From the sequence record NC_048054.1: a stretch of 64,000 nucleotides of DNA. One strand, 5' to 3'. Shown piece after piece: positions 20,045 through 30,083 of this stretch. Within the stretch, counting starts at the first letter, position 1. Each line of letters starts with the position of its first letter. The notes under the pieces are model-generated. The model was not told the origin of the DNA. It saw nothing but the letters and a program-made list of their open reading frames with translations, and searched no databases. Made by a program: the position numbers and the translations under genes.

Positions 20045-20053
20045 TATTTACAG
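20045..20053 (-). promoter_or_regulatory. CTGTAAATA-class promoter motif
   Basis: Exact motif 40 nt upstream of the polA start, just after a terminator. Confidence 0.65.
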
Positions 20054-20066
20054 ATTTAGAAACGAG

Positions 20067-20090
20067 AAAGGGCGGCCGAAGCCACCCTTT
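20067..20090 (-). terminator. Rho-independent terminator, cUUCGg family
   Basis: AAAGGGTGGC-TTCG-GCCGCCCTTT after the stop of 20095..21072. Confidence 0.8.
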
Positions 20091-20094
20091 TGTA

Positions 20095-21072
20095 TTAAAG
20101 TTTACGCAGACCTTTCTTGATTGCCGCGTTAGCTTCGGCAGGAGTTGGGTCTTTCTTCATCATGAGTTTGATGACGTTCTTGATAGACTCCAGTTCGCCC
20201 AGATGAATCTGAACGGTGCGTGGAGCTTTCAGATGTGGACCCGTGAACACCAGAGCCCAGCCTTTCTGCAACATCGAGACTGCAATATCAAGTTTGCCAT
20301 ACTGGAACTTGAACGTATTGCGTCCAGTCTTGCCAAGAACACCAACACCACCTTCAGGCTCAACAGCGCTGATGAAGTCTTGCGCATAGTCCTTAGCACG
20401 TTGTTTACTCAGAGTAGAGTAGTACGGCTGGAAGGGCGCAGCTTTCTTCGCTTTGCTTCCTGGTGTACCGCCAGTCTGTTTCTGATCAGGATTCTGCGTC
20501 CATGTCAGACCTTCGTCCAGACAGTTCTGGCCGGTAAGCGCTTCCTGAATGATGACACGCTTGTTCTTGCCTGTCTCAACGTTAGCTTCGGCTTCATCTT
20601 CGGTCTTGAACGGACCTTTGATGATAATGTCGTTCGCGTGGCGCGTGTGATCGATGACGTACCACTTGTTGCGTTCGATCTTACCGTTAGCATCTACAGT
20701 GTTCGAGCGCACAGGGCGAGTCGTCTTAGCAGGAGCGTTCTGCTGGATAGCGACAGGCTTCATCTTGATCGCACGAATACCGTTGATAACAGCCACCAGC
20801 GTTTTAGCCTTATACAGGTTCTTCATCGCGGTGACCAGAGACTTACCAGCAGCTTTCTTGGCGAAGGCCGCAGTAGCATCGGCATCGTTCAGCAGGTCAA
20901 GCACAGCAGACAGCTTTGAAGTGTCCAGCTCTTTAATCTTCACCAGCTCGTCAATCTTCTTGACGATCAATTTCGCGTTCTTGCCGAAGAGAATCTCGGC
21001 GTTGGCGATCTGCTTTTTATTTGCAGCAGAGACTGACACTACCGTGCCAGATGGGAGAGTGATTTCGTGCAT
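20095..21072 (-). CDS. Basic Lys/Ala-rich protein, putative internal virion protein, 325 aa
   Basis: AAGGA RBS; N-terminal VVSVSAA motif; high Lys content. Confidence 0.7.
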   Translation of the reverse strand: MHEITLPSGTVVSVSAANKKQIANAEILFGKNAKLIVKKIDELVKIKELDTSKLSAVLDLLNDADATAAFAKKAAGKSLVTAMKNLYKAKTLVAVINGIRAIKMKPVAIQQNAPAKTTRPVRSNTVDANGKIERNKWYVIDHTRHANDIIIKGPFKTEDEAEANVETGKNKRVIIQEALTGQNCLDEGLTWTQNPDQKQTGGTPGSKAKKAAPFQPYYSTLSKQRAKDYAQDFISAVEPEGGVGVLGKTGRNTFKFQYGKLDIAVSMLQKGWALVFTGPHLKAPRTVQIHLGELESIKNVIKLMMKKDPTPAEANAAIKKGLRKL

Positions 21073-21081
21073 TGCTGTTCC

Positions 21082-21633
21082 TTATCGTTTCTTAGTCCAG
21101 TTGTTCTGCTTAACTGGAGTTGGTGAAGTGTTCTCTTCCGTGACTTCTTCTGCGTCGTCTTCTTCCTCTTCCTCGACGTCATCTACTTCTGGCTCAGGCT
21201 GTGCTTCCTGGGCTGGAGTAGTGTTGAGTACAGACGCAGCTATTGGTTCCTGTGACACTGTGTTTACAGTAGCAACAGGCTCGGCTTCGGCAGCTTTACG
21301 CGCTTCTGCCACTTCACCTACAGCGTGTGCGTGAACCAAATCAGTAGTCAGCAGCGCACCCTTCTCTTTCAGGATAGCATCAGCTTTCTCTTGATCCCAC
21401 TGGTCCCAGATAATGTCCAGAGTCTTAAAGCCCCAGTTCATGCCTTTCGGCAGCTTACCGCGACCGTTGAACGGCAGACCGTTTGAAGGGGTAGCTGGCT
21501 CGAACTCGTCCATCATCTCCCACTTACGTTTCGCCTCAATACACTTAGGGCCCCAGACGCCATCACACGCACCGTCATAAAGACCGAGCATAGTCATGAT
21601 GACCTGGAGCTTCTGATAGAACTTGTTCAGCAT
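21082..21633 (-). CDS. Peptidoglycan-binding-domain protein with acidic low-complexity tail, 183 aa
   Basis: QKLQVIMTMLGLYDGACDGVWGPKCIEAKRKWE matches the PG_binding_1 pattern (LQ..L..LG...G..DG.FG..T..A); no catalytic domain seen. Confidence 0.65.
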   Translation of the reverse strand: MLNKFYQKLQVIMTMLGLYDGACDGVWGPKCIEAKRKWEMMDEFEPATPSNGLPFNGRGKLPKGMNWGFKTLDIIWDQWDQEKADAILKEKGALLTTDLVHAHAVGEVAEARKAAEAEPVATVNTVSQEPIAASVLNTTPAQEAQPEPEVDDVEEEEEDDAEEVTEENTSPTPVKQNNWTKKR

Positions 21634-21654
21634 GGTGAGTCCTCACATGAAAGG

Positions 21655-21670
21655 AGGGGCCGAAGCCCCT
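21655..21670 (-). terminator. cUUCGg hairpin (terminator or RNA stabiliser)
   Basis: AGGGGC-TTCG-GCCCCT right after the SNF2 stop; U-tract weak. Confidence 0.6.
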
Positions 21671-21676
21671 TACCTT

Positions 21677-24600
21677 TTAGACTGATTTGTTTTTCGACAT
21701 GGTCAGTTTCAACTTGTCGAGCGCCTTAGTGACCTTCGTAATGTTCGTGATGTTGTAGCCTGCTTTCACGATCTTATTGATACGTGCTTTCGCAGTAGCC
21801 ACGTTCTTCACGAAGCCAATCCACATACCAGGCGACAGGTCGAACGTACCGAACTTACGAGTGTTCGGGATTTTCGTACCGACGAAGCGTTTCATCTGTG
21901 GGTTGGTTTTCAGGTCGAACATGATGCGCAGTCGGTCTTCCATGATCATCGGGTATGCCTTGACGTGTTTCTTATCCGAGGCAGACTTGTGTTTCACGAG
22001 GAAGAACTTCGGCAGTTGCTCCTGACCTTTCGTAGCCAGTTTGACGTTGAAGCCCATACGCGGCGTAGACTCGTCGAAGAAGTCCAGTACGAACTCCAGA
22101 CGTTTCTCGGACGGCTTGTCGAATGCCAGTTTCTTCTTAACCTCGATGAAGTCAAGCATGGCCTCGAAGTCCGAGTAGTACACGCAGTCGTAATAAACGT
22201 AATCACCGAACTCCACGAAGTCGAATGCCTTGAGCGCTTCTGAATCAGGGTCAGTCGCATCTGCGTACAGCGCAACAAATCCGTTATACACTGTAGGCGT
22301 CAGAGCCATCGCCATGTCAGCACCAGTAGCTTCGGCAACAGCCTTAGCGCCAGGCTTCATGCGCGTCGTGGTGTTAGCCAGAGGAGGCAAGTCTGCAACC
22401 TTACGACGGCGAACTTTCTTGGCAGCTTCTTCAACACCTTCGTTGATTGGCTTACCAGTCTTTTTGTTCTCCACACGCTTGGCCACGCGAGCAGCTTTAC
22501 GCTCCTGCGCTTCGACTTTCTTCTCTGTCTGCTTGGTGTCAGCCGTCTGCGTTTCATCAGCAACAGTGTCTTCGACTTCAACACGGTTAGCTTCGGCATT
22601 AGCACGTTTGCGATCTTTCTCGTTCGCCCACGCTTTACGAGCCTCGAAGAAACGTTTCAGATCGTTCTTGTCTACCTTAGTAGCAATGTGAACTTTCGTC
22701 GCAGGAACTGCAACGGTTTCACCAGAGCCAGCCAGACGAACACGAACGGTACTGATAGGACTGTCACCGCGCAGCTTACCATCGACCATACGAACAGTCA
22801 CAGACACGACAACGCCGTTACCGAACTCAGTTACGACAGGTGCACGATTCAGAGAATCTTTCAGCCCTTCGCCGCTGGTGAAGTTACGGTTACGCGCCCA
22901 ATCCAGAAGACGTTCAGTGCCCCAGCCATTACGGTCTGGAATCTTCTGGTTCGCAACGAGCGGAGTCTGCTCCATCACACGGAAGTCGGTCAGAGCTGGC
23001 GTTGACGGCAGTGCTTGCATTGCAGCAATCGTCGTCTTACGCATCTCCTGGAACTCCTGCGATTCGATATCGTTAAGATCACGTTTCGCGAGGAAGTACG
23101 GAGCGAAGTCTTCCATTGTGTTGTTGTCGATCAGCAGCTTCGCACTCATTTTGATAGGGTCCAGTTTATACTGGTCGAGTGCTTCGTAGCGCTGGTTGCC
23201 TTTCTCGTCGAAGCGAGTCTTCTCCAGGGTCTTCCACATCAGACGTGCAACCTTACCAACTTCTAAGGTCTTGTTCGTCATAACCCAGTCGATGAACACA
23301 ACTTCACGAGCCATGTCGCCTGGCTTACCGTTCTCGTCCAACTTCGCAGCAGCAACGTCAGGACGGAAGATACGCGCAGTAGACTGGTCGTAAGTACCTG
23401 GTGACCACGGAGTATCGCAGCGAATAATACGGCTACCCATCTGCATGTTGTGGCCTTCGGAGATCGCTTGTTCGTTCGCAATCAGAATCTGAACGTTCGG
23501 GTCAGTTTTGAATGCGTCGAGGTTAGCGTCTTTGTTCTGGCCGAGCTTACCAACTTCACCGTGATACACCACAGCAACTTTCTTATAGTTGGCTGGCAGT
23601 GCATTGTAGATGGCGTTAGCAGCACGAACATAACGAGTGAAGACAATCAGCTTGCCTTGCACCTCAGGCTTCCAGTAATCTGGATCGTCTGGAGGTGGAA
23701 CCATTGAAGGCGGCAGCGCTTGACGCTTGAACTCTTCGGACTGCTTACGCGCCAGATACTTCTGACCGTTGTAGACAGCAATGTCCAGTTCACGCGGTTC
23801 TACGCCAGGCTTCCATTCGAAGATCTGCTGTTCACCAATCAGAGGATCACGCTCAGGCTGAACTTCGAAGTGCTTGCGAATACGGTCGATGATAGTCAAC
23901 ACTTTCGCAGAAACGAAGTTGGTAACGCCTGCGGCTTCAAACGTCAGACGGGCAACGTCATCACCCATAGGGTCAGTCAGCATCATTTCCATACGCTGGA
24001 AGTACATGTTCAGGTCAGCGTTACTCGCTAACAATGCACCCAGGTCATCGCCGTCTTCGATTTCGTCTTCGTCGATATCCGATGTGGAATCACCATCTCC
24101 GCCACCAGCTTCGTCGTCATCGTCATCGCCACCGCCACTTTTCTTCTTGGCGTTCTTGGCCGCTTCGTCCAGCTTCTCCAGAACTTCCGCGTACATTGCG
24201 TTGTACACTTCCTGGTGCAGCGCAGAGTTAGGCACTGACGGGTCATCGATCTCAACCTGAATAAAGGTATCAATCGGGTTCGGCAGCATGAACGCCCAAT
24301 GCTTACGCTTGAACGAGATGAACGCTGTATGGTTAGCCATACGTGAGTGCGCACGACGAATCATTTCGATATCATCTTTCGCGCCGTCATATGCAACGTC
24401 CAGTGAATCACCGAACATAGCAGGAGTCATCAATGCAGCCTGACCAACGATATCACGCACACGGTCAGTCACCAGCGTACCAGTAGCGATACGAGCATAG
24501 CGAACAGACGGCGCAGTGAAGACCGCTTTGGTGTTGAAGTGAACCTGAGAGCCAGCCTGACCACCAGAGAAGTTCTTCACTTTGTGAGACTCGTCGAGCA

Positions 24601-27526
24601 ACACATAGCTGAACTTGAAGCGGTTGACGAACTCAACAGCACCACGCACACGAACACGCACACCGCCGATATCAACGTTGAACGTACCAGTCTGCAAATA
24701 GCTCAGGCCGACGATAAAGATTGTGTTACGAGGTGACTGAGAGATCACATCGTACATACGTTCTTCGCCCCACGTGTTCACAGTGTCAGCAGTGATTGGT
24801 ACTGCGTTCCAGCCGTCAACGATTTTGTGGAGGTCGTCACACCAGTTCGCTACGAGGTTAGACGGACAGATGATCAGAGGACGAATGCCTTCTTCACCTA
24901 AATCGTCCAGCTCTTTGATAGTAGCCGCGATATCAGTCAGACCGATAATCGTTTTACCACCACCAGGCGCGATAAAGATTGTTGCAAAGCGCGGACGACG
25001 ACGCAGAGTTTTGTGCGCTTCGACCTGATGCGGCAGTAATGCTGCACCATCTTTCAGACCAGGAATACGAATATCATCAATGGTGATACCGCTGTCTGGT
25101 TTCAGACGTTCGATCTCAGTTTCAGCCGATTCGAAAATCTCAAGAGACTTAGGAATCACGTCGCTGTACATGGTAGCGAACGGCAGAATGATTTGTTGCA
25201 GACGGCCAGAACCTGGAGCCTGATCAGATTCAATCAGAGAGCTAAACAGTTTCTTACGGTCAGCGCGAACCAGAGACTGTGCCATTTCACGATACAACGC
25301 ACCACCGAAGTAGTTGTTGAGGCGTGCCATGTCAGACAGTTTGGACTTCTCACCCATTACGAAGTAGTGAGTGTGTGACGGCAGAGATTCGGTAGCAGCC
25401 GTAATGCTTCCCATCTCATTGAGAGAGGTTGCAATCAGGTTTGAACCACGCAGACCAGCAGCATCGTTCAGCACACGAATCATAATGCGCAGCATAGTCA
25501 GAGCAGGACGCTCGTTTGACATATCAGGCACTGAGAAGTCGTTGGCAATCAGGTTCTCATACAGGCCGTTGTCCATCGGGCTTTCGGACAGCGCAGCGTT
25601 CTCTGCATCCATGCCGATAGCTTTACGCGCATTCTCCACCAGCGTTTTCAGGTCAGGAACTTGTTTGTTCTTGAGCATGAACTCGTAGGTCTGGCAAGTC
25701 TGTGCGATGATGTTCAGCAACTCAGGCAGGTTAGAACCTTCGGTGGAGTTATACTTGATAGTGGATTCGCTCACACTCTCAATCAACTTACCGCTACCAG
25801 ATTCAACCTTAGCAGCTTCGATCATCGTGTCATACGACGGACGATACAGAGCCATGCCACCAGACGCCTGATTGTGATAGATGTTACCAATCACGTTCGA
25901 GGCAGAACGGAAGTTCGGTGCTTCACCTGGCTCTGCGAAGTCGTAGCCTAAAGCATCAGCAACGTCCAGAGAGTTTGGAGACTTCATACCGACAGTACGA
26001 GTTTCGTTAACTGCCAGACCGCCACCGTTTGAGGTGTTTACGATCAGAGAGAAGTCAGGGTCTATACCGATACACACATCACTGAAACGAGACAACGATT
26101 TGGCTTTCGCCTGTACGTCGCGGTCGAAATCCAGATTACCGTTCTGGATAGCGAACATGTTGGTGCGCAGGGTGTCGTGCTCAGTAGACAGCGGAACGCC
26201 TTTCTCGAACAGGTCTTCCAGCACACCGTTCAATGAGGTTTCGTAAGTCTTCACCATGTCGATATCAATATCTTCACGGCGAGGCAGCACCGCCATTGTA
26301 CCGTTCGGCATGATAGTCATACCGTGCTCGTCAGCCACAACATCATTCACCACGTAGCCGAACTTCTCACGCAGCTTTTTCAGTTCAGGCAGCGTGGTAG
26401 CGGAGGTAACGTAACGAGGAATACGTGCAGCACGAGTGATACCAGTACGAGTAGAACCAGCAACACGGAAGTAGTAGCTCGCCCAGCCCTGGAACCAACG
26501 ATACAGACACATGGTTTGCGTGTCAGCACCCTGAGAGATGTACTCAACCATCTCTTTCTCGAAGTTAACGATCAGGCCGCCTTCGACGCGAACGTCGGTT
26601 GCCAGCGCTACTTCGTTGAACTCGACAGGAGTGTCGTTGCTGATCTTCATCGCCTGAATCTTGCGATCAATCATCTGCTTACCTGGGATGGAGCGAATGC
26701 CGATAGTCATGAAATCACCAAGACCATCAACCACAGCTTTATCCAGATTGCGGAACAGATCGATATCAATCGTGTTCATCAGCGGATGGATAGAACGCAG
26801 AGCAGCGTTATACACAGACCAGTCTTTATCCAGAGGGATACGAACCATCTTGGTGTCGAACGCATTGCTGTTACTGCGGTCAACGCCGAAGATATCTTTG
26901 TAGATGGTCTTCGCCACACGAATAGCAGACTGCGCTACTTCGGAGCTGTAGGTACGCAGGTTGGCGCTTTCGAAGTTCGCGTCTTTATCAACACGGGGAC
27001 GGTCGCTACCCTGATTGTTCAGAACGTTGAAGTTACCGTTCGAGGCCAGCGGGCTAGTCGGGCACGGAGTACCAGACATGATGATATCTTTACCGCCAGG
27101 GAAACGCGTACTGTTTTCGATGATCGCACCAGATGATGCAGACAGGTGTTCGGCCAGAGCAGTTTTAATCTCACGGCTCAGCTTGTCACCGTTCAACATC
27201 ATATTGATTTTCAGCGAGGACGCTTCGATGTTGTTCTTGATACGCTTAACGAAGTCATCAGGAGAGACTTCGATCATATCTTCGAACTCTGCACCGTTAA
27301 TAACGATGTAGTTGATCAGGTCGAATGCCGCATAGATGCGAGCAACGGTAGAAGCCGTGAACACTGCGAGAGTTTCGTAGTTACGGCGCGACTTCCCTGT
27401 GGCGTACATCTTCGCCGTTTTGGCGTCGAACTCGGGCGGCAACGGACGAACAGAAAGTGCCTGATTGAACGTATCGGCAATTTGCTGTGTCGCGGTTGCT
27501 GACCTACTAATAATCTGATTCATCAT
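21677..27526 (-). CDS. Giant SNF2-family (SF2) helicase/translocase, 1949 aa
   Basis: APGGGKT, LIICPSNLVANW, LLDESHK, IATGT, LIVFTRY, SEGHNMQ and DQSTARIFR motifs; ~830-aa uncharacterised N-terminal region. Confidence 0.9.
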   Translation of the reverse strand: MMNQIISRSATATQQIADTFNQALSVRPLPPEFDAKTAKMYATGKSRRNYETLAVFTASTVARIYAAFDLINYIVINGAEFEDMIEVSPDDFVKRIKNNIEASSLKINMMLNGDKLSREIKTALAEHLSASSGAIIENSTRFPGGKDIIMSGTPCPTSPLASNGNFNVLNNQGSDRPRVDKDANFESANLRTYSSEVAQSAIRVAKTIYKDIFGVDRSNSNAFDTKMVRIPLDKDWSVYNAALRSIHPLMNTIDIDLFRNLDKAVVDGLGDFMTIGIRSIPGKQMIDRKIQAMKISNDTPVEFNEVALATDVRVEGGLIVNFEKEMVEYISQGADTQTMCLYRWFQGWASYYFRVAGSTRTGITRAARIPRYVTSATTLPELKKLREKFGYVVNDVVADEHGMTIMPNGTMAVLPRREDIDIDMVKTYETSLNGVLEDLFEKGVPLSTEHDTLRTNMFAIQNGNLDFDRDVQAKAKSLSRFSDVCIGIDPDFSLIVNTSNGGGLAVNETRTVGMKSPNSLDVADALGYDFAEPGEAPNFRSASNVIGNIYHNQASGGMALYRPSYDTMIEAAKVESGSGKLIESVSESTIKYNSTEGSNLPELLNIIAQTCQTYEFMLKNKQVPDLKTLVENARKAIGMDAENAALSESPMDNGLYENLIANDFSVPDMSNERPALTMLRIMIRVLNDAAGLRGSNLIATSLNEMGSITAATESLPSHTHYFVMGEKSKLSDMARLNNYFGGALYREMAQSLVRADRKKLFSSLIESDQAPGSGRLQQIILPFATMYSDVIPKSLEIFESAETEIERLKPDSGITIDDIRIPGLKDGAALLPHQVEAHKTLRRRPRFATIFIAPGGGKTIIGLTDIAATIKELDDLGEEGIRPLIICPSNLVANWCDDLHKIVDGWNAVPITADTVNTWGEERMYDVISQSPRNTIFIVGLSYLQTGTFNVDIGGVRVRVRGAVEFVNRFKFSYVLLDESHKVKNFSGGQAGSQVHFNTKAVFTAPSVRYARIATGTLVTDRVRDIVGQAALMTPAMFGDSLDVAYDGAKDDIEMIRRAHSRMANHTAFISFKRKHWAFMLPNPIDTFIQVEIDDPSVPNSALHQEVYNAMYAEVLEKLDEAAKNAKKKSGGGDDDDDEAGGGDGDSTSDIDEDEIEDGDDLGALLASNADLNMYFQRMEMMLTDPMGDDVARLTFEAAGVTNFVSAKVLTIIDRIRKHFEVQPERDPLIGEQQIFEWKPGVEPRELDIAVYNGQKYLARKQSEEFKRQALPPSMVPPPDDPDYWKPEVQGKLIVFTRYVRAANAIYNALPANYKKVAVVYHGEVGKLGQNKDANLDAFKTDPNVQILIANEQAISEGHNMQMGSRIIRCDTPWSPGTYDQSTARIFRPDVAAAKLDENGKPGDMAREVVFIDWVMTNKTLEVGKVARLMWKTLEKTRFDEKGNQRYEALDQYKLDPIKMSAKLLIDNNTMEDFAPYFLAKRDLNDIESQEFQEMRKTTIAAMQALPSTPALTDFRVMEQTPLVANQKIPDRNGWGTERLLDWARNRNFTSGEGLKDSLNRAPVVTEFGNGVVVSVTVRMVDGKLRGDSPISTVRVRLAGSGETVAVPATKVHIATKVDKNDLKRFFEARKAWANEKDRKRANAEANRVEVEDTVADETQTADTKQTEKKVEAQERKAARVAKRVENKKTGKPINEGVEEAAKKVRRRKVADLPPLANTTTRMKPGAKAVAEATGADMAMALTPTVYNGFVALYADATDPDSEALKAFDFVEFGDYVYYDCVYYSDFEAMLDFIEVKKKLAFDKPSEKRLEFVLDFFDESTPRMGFNVKLATKGQEQLPKFFLVKHKSASDKKHVKAYPMIMEDRLRIMFDLKTNPQMKRFVGTKIPNTRKFGTFDLSPGMWIGFVKNVATAKARINKIVKAGYNITNITKVTKALDKLKLTMSKNKSV

Positions 27527-28017
27527 TCACCCAGTTTAGTATAGTTGTCAATCACAGACTGCCACACGCTTGGAACAGGCAAGCGACGGTCGGCGGCGAT
27601 ATCTGATAGCACTACGGCCAGAGCATATGCACGAAGGGGATTGAGTCCTTCGAACTTGTCGCGTGTAAACACAGACGTGAGTTGTTCATTGGTCAGTGTC
27701 TGATATTGATTGCGATACTCTGCAACGTAAGCGCGATACTTACCGTCATCAACAGGCATGGTATCAGGGATACTCTGAATGGACAGCAACGCTTTTGCAA
27801 GAGCGTCCATGAGCAGAAGCAGGTCTTCCTGATCATACGGAGTGATATCAGGCACATTAGAACGGCCTAGCAGTTCGAGAACTGACCCAGGCAATTCAAT
27901 AGGCGTTCTCGCCTCTGAGATGGACTTCATGATTCCATCGGCAGCACTTGCGTATCGCTTATCGCTACTCGCAATGCCTGCCAACAAAGTATGAAGCCGC
28001 GAGTTTACGTCAATCAC
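27523..28017 (-). CDS. Hypothetical protein (~164 aa)
   Basis: Start moved to GTG 28017, preceded by AGGAG; the longer track ORF overlaps the upstream gene. Confidence 0.65.
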   Translation of the reverse strand: MIDVNSRLHTLLAGIASSDKRYASAADGIMKSISEARTPIELPGSVLELLGRSNVPDITPYDQEDLLLLMDALAKALLSIQSIPDTMPVDDGKYRAYVAEYRNQYQTLTNEQLTSVFTRDKFEGLNPLRAYALAVVLSDIAADRRLPVPSVWQSVIDNYTKLGE

Positions 28018-28027
28018 GGTTCTTCTC

Positions 28028-28810
28028 CTAAATAAAAATGCTCTTGACCAAAGTGTTGAGCCTTTTCTCCACAGCATGACGTTTGTACGAGGACAGGAAG
28101 CAACACAGTCTGCGTGATTGAAGATGCAGCGCGATAGCGTTACCCTTAACTCGCATACAGTCAACCCCCAAATCAATATTCCAAGGATGCCAAGCGCGGG
28201 GCGAGAGCATCGCTTGTTGAATTGGTGGATAGGTGTCCGGCACAACAGGCAGGGGAGACTTTGCCAGTTTCATGGTCAAATTATCAGTTTTGAACAAAGC
28301 CTTTGGCTGTTTGTTCGAAAACCAGTACGGAACCTGCTTGTGGAGTATCTCTCCGACTTTCGGAATACCACCGCGAGTTGTCTGAGGCACATACACCAGA
28401 TAGATATCGATCGTGGTGTTGATGCAGTTTGCTACACGGTTATAATCGCTGTTAGTGCGACTATACACGTCGGCCAGACGAAACTTGTTGCTGAACTCAA
28501 TGCGTTGCAGCCACTGTTTCAGATCACGGTGTTGGAGCTTGAGTAGAGCTTTCGCCTGTTCGAGAGAATGCTTAGTGACAGGCGGCACTGGACGCAGCAG
28601 GAACTGCGTACTGGTCTTAGCGAGAGAAGACAAGAAGCCTTCTACCACACGCTGCATACCAAGAGGCTGAGGCAGAGAATGGAACAGGTCAACCGCCGTT
28701 TGCGTTGTGATATACGCACCCCAAGCCTCGATGTACTCAGGCTCTACGCAGTCAGGGAAGTTGCGTAAGTCCAAGCCAACATCTGAGCCATATGATTTCA
28801 AACGACTCAC
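28028..28810 (-). CDS. Hypothetical protein, 260 aa
   Basis: 4-nt overlap with the HNH gene stop; natural composition. Confidence 0.7.
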   Translation of the reverse strand: MSRLKSYGSDVGLDLRNFPDCVEPEYIEAWGAYITTQTAVDLFHSLPQPLGMQRVVEGFLSSLAKTSTQFLLRPVPPVTKHSLEQAKALLKLQHRDLKQWLQRIEFSNKFRLADVYSRTNSDYNRVANCINTTIDIYLVYVPQTTRGGIPKVGEILHKQVPYWFSNKQPKALFKTDNLTMKLAKSPLPVVPDTYPPIQQAMLSPRAWHPWNIDLGVDCMRVKGNAIALHLQSRRLCCFLSSYKRHAVEKRLNTLVKSIFI

Positions 28811-29172
28811 CGTCTACCTCCATGCAGCAGTCTCGAACCGCGTCGGTTGTTACTGCCGATCTGATTATTGTCGCAGTCATAGCAGAGTAGCTCAAGGTTA
28901 TGCTTCATGTTTGAGCCTCCCTGTGCATGACCAACTTTGTGGTTGAGAATAAGCTGACTGGTAGGCTTGCCACAGCGTTCACACTGGTTGCCGCGTTCGT
29001 CAATGATGCTCATTTTGAGGCGAGTCCAGTCACCTCGGTCCATACGAACGTGAGTACCAGCGCGAGCACGTTCGAATCCAGTAACACCAGCAAGGCGCTG
29101 AGAGGTTGACAGGCTTCTGCCTCGTCCACCCATCGTTCTTGCTGCAATACCACCCTTCGGTCTGTATGCCAT
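28807..29172 (-). CDS. HNH endonuclease, 121 aa
   Basis: CERCG...LNHK..HAQGGSN..HNLELLCYDCD (Zn-bound HNH pattern); AGGAG RBS. Confidence 0.85.
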   Translation of the reverse strand: MAYRPKGGIAARTMGGRGRSLSTSQRLAGVTGFERARAGTHVRMDRGDWTRLKMSIIDERGNQCERCGKPTSQLILNHKVGHAQGGSNMKHNLELLCYDCDNNQIGSNNRRGSRLLHGGRR

Positions 29173-29194
29173 ATTGATCTCCTAAATACAGTTC

Positions 29195-29203
29195 TATTTA
29201 CAG
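29195..29203 (-). promoter_or_regulatory. CTGTAAATA-class promoter motif
   Basis: Exact motif 23 nt upstream of the HNH start. Confidence 0.6.
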
Positions 29204-29205
29204 AC

Positions 29206-30024
29206 TTAGGCGCTCGCACTAAAGATCTGAACTGTCTTCGATAGGCCCGCCTGATAGGCTTGCTCGATATCTTTCGCAGCATTACGAATGATTGTCTCAG
29301 TCTGATTATTGGCGCCGGCAATCATTTCAACAGGCAGGTTCTTTTTATTCCATGCGTTAATCTGGTGGAACACGCCAACCAGAATGGTACCAGCAGACTC
29401 AGCGAAAGGTCCCATGACTTCTGCGTTAAGAATCTCGGCCAGTTGCGATACATCACGCAGCGCACGGAGGTCAGCGATAATCTCACGCATCTGGTTATAC
29501 AGTTGCATGAGCGCATAAATATCACGGCTCTGTTTGGACTTCTTATATTGTTCCTCGCAGATACGTGCCATTGACTGACACTGCTTGAACATCGTCATGT
29601 ATTCGGCAATCTGATCGTTCTCTTGTCGAATAACATCAGGCACTTCTGCCATGGCCTCAAGAAATTGACCTTCAAGCGCGGCCACGTCAGTGCTCAAACT
29701 CTTTTTCTCTTTCTTCTTCTTTTTCTTTTTGATTACTTCGACTGCATTCTCTTTCTTCTTCACCTTTTTAGGCTTAGGTTCTTCAAGAGACTTCATTGCC
29801 TTTTGAGATGCTGCAATATCCGAATAGAAGTCATCGGGATCAATATGCTTAGGCAGCACGTCTTTCGATGGGTCGGACTTCTTTTTCTTTTTGACCTTCA
29901 CGCCTTTGCTAACTGTCTTAGCTTTCTTGACGGTGGTCTTAGCTTTAACTTTCGCTTTGCTCTTTTTGCCTGTCTTTGCAGGTTGTGCGAAAGAGCCAAT
30001 GTCATCCAAGCTTATGGCCGCCAT
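29206..30024 (-). CDS. Hypothetical protein with Lys-rich N-terminal half and helical C-terminal half, 272 aa
   Basis: GAGG RBS; poly-Lys tracts. Confidence 0.75.
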   Translation of the reverse strand: MAAISLDDIGSFAQPAKTGKKSKAKVKAKTTVKKAKTVSKGVKVKKKKKSDPSKDVLPKHIDPDDFYSDIAASQKAMKSLEEPKPKKVKKKENAVEVIKKKKKKKEKKSLSTDVAALEGQFLEAMAEVPDVIRQENDQIAEYMTMFKQCQSMARICEEQYKKSKQSRDIYALMQLYNQMREIIADLRALRDVSQLAEILNAEVMGPFAESAGTILVGVFHQINAWNKKNLPVEMIAGANNQTETIIRNAAKDIEQAYQAGLSKTVQIFSASA

Positions 30025-30047
30025 GTTGAAATCCTCAGTGGAAACGA

Positions 30048-30074
30048 AAAAGGGAACCCCGTGAGGCTCCCTTT
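30048..30074 (-). terminator. Probable rho-independent terminator
   Basis: AAAGGGAGCC...GGTTCCCTTTTT on the minus strand, after the stop at 30084. Confidence 0.65.
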
Positions 30075-30083
30075 AGGGTTTGT

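Noticed and set aside
21677-27526. Intein or intron explaining the size of the SNF2 helicase (and of PolA)
   Set aside because: No intein splice-junction or LAGLIDADG motifs seen; reading frames are uninterrupted
27523-28245. Track start at 28245 (likewise starts at 4770, 36590, 43016, 47777, 53738, 58710, 59236)
   Set aside because: These extensions overlap upstream genes, terminators or promoter motifs; downstream starts, most with a clear RBS, were used instead
28807-30024. HNH plus 272-aa protein as a packaging nuclease and small terminase
   Set aside because: No large terminase or portal nearby and no recognisable TerS motif; HNH is under the replication-type promoter motif
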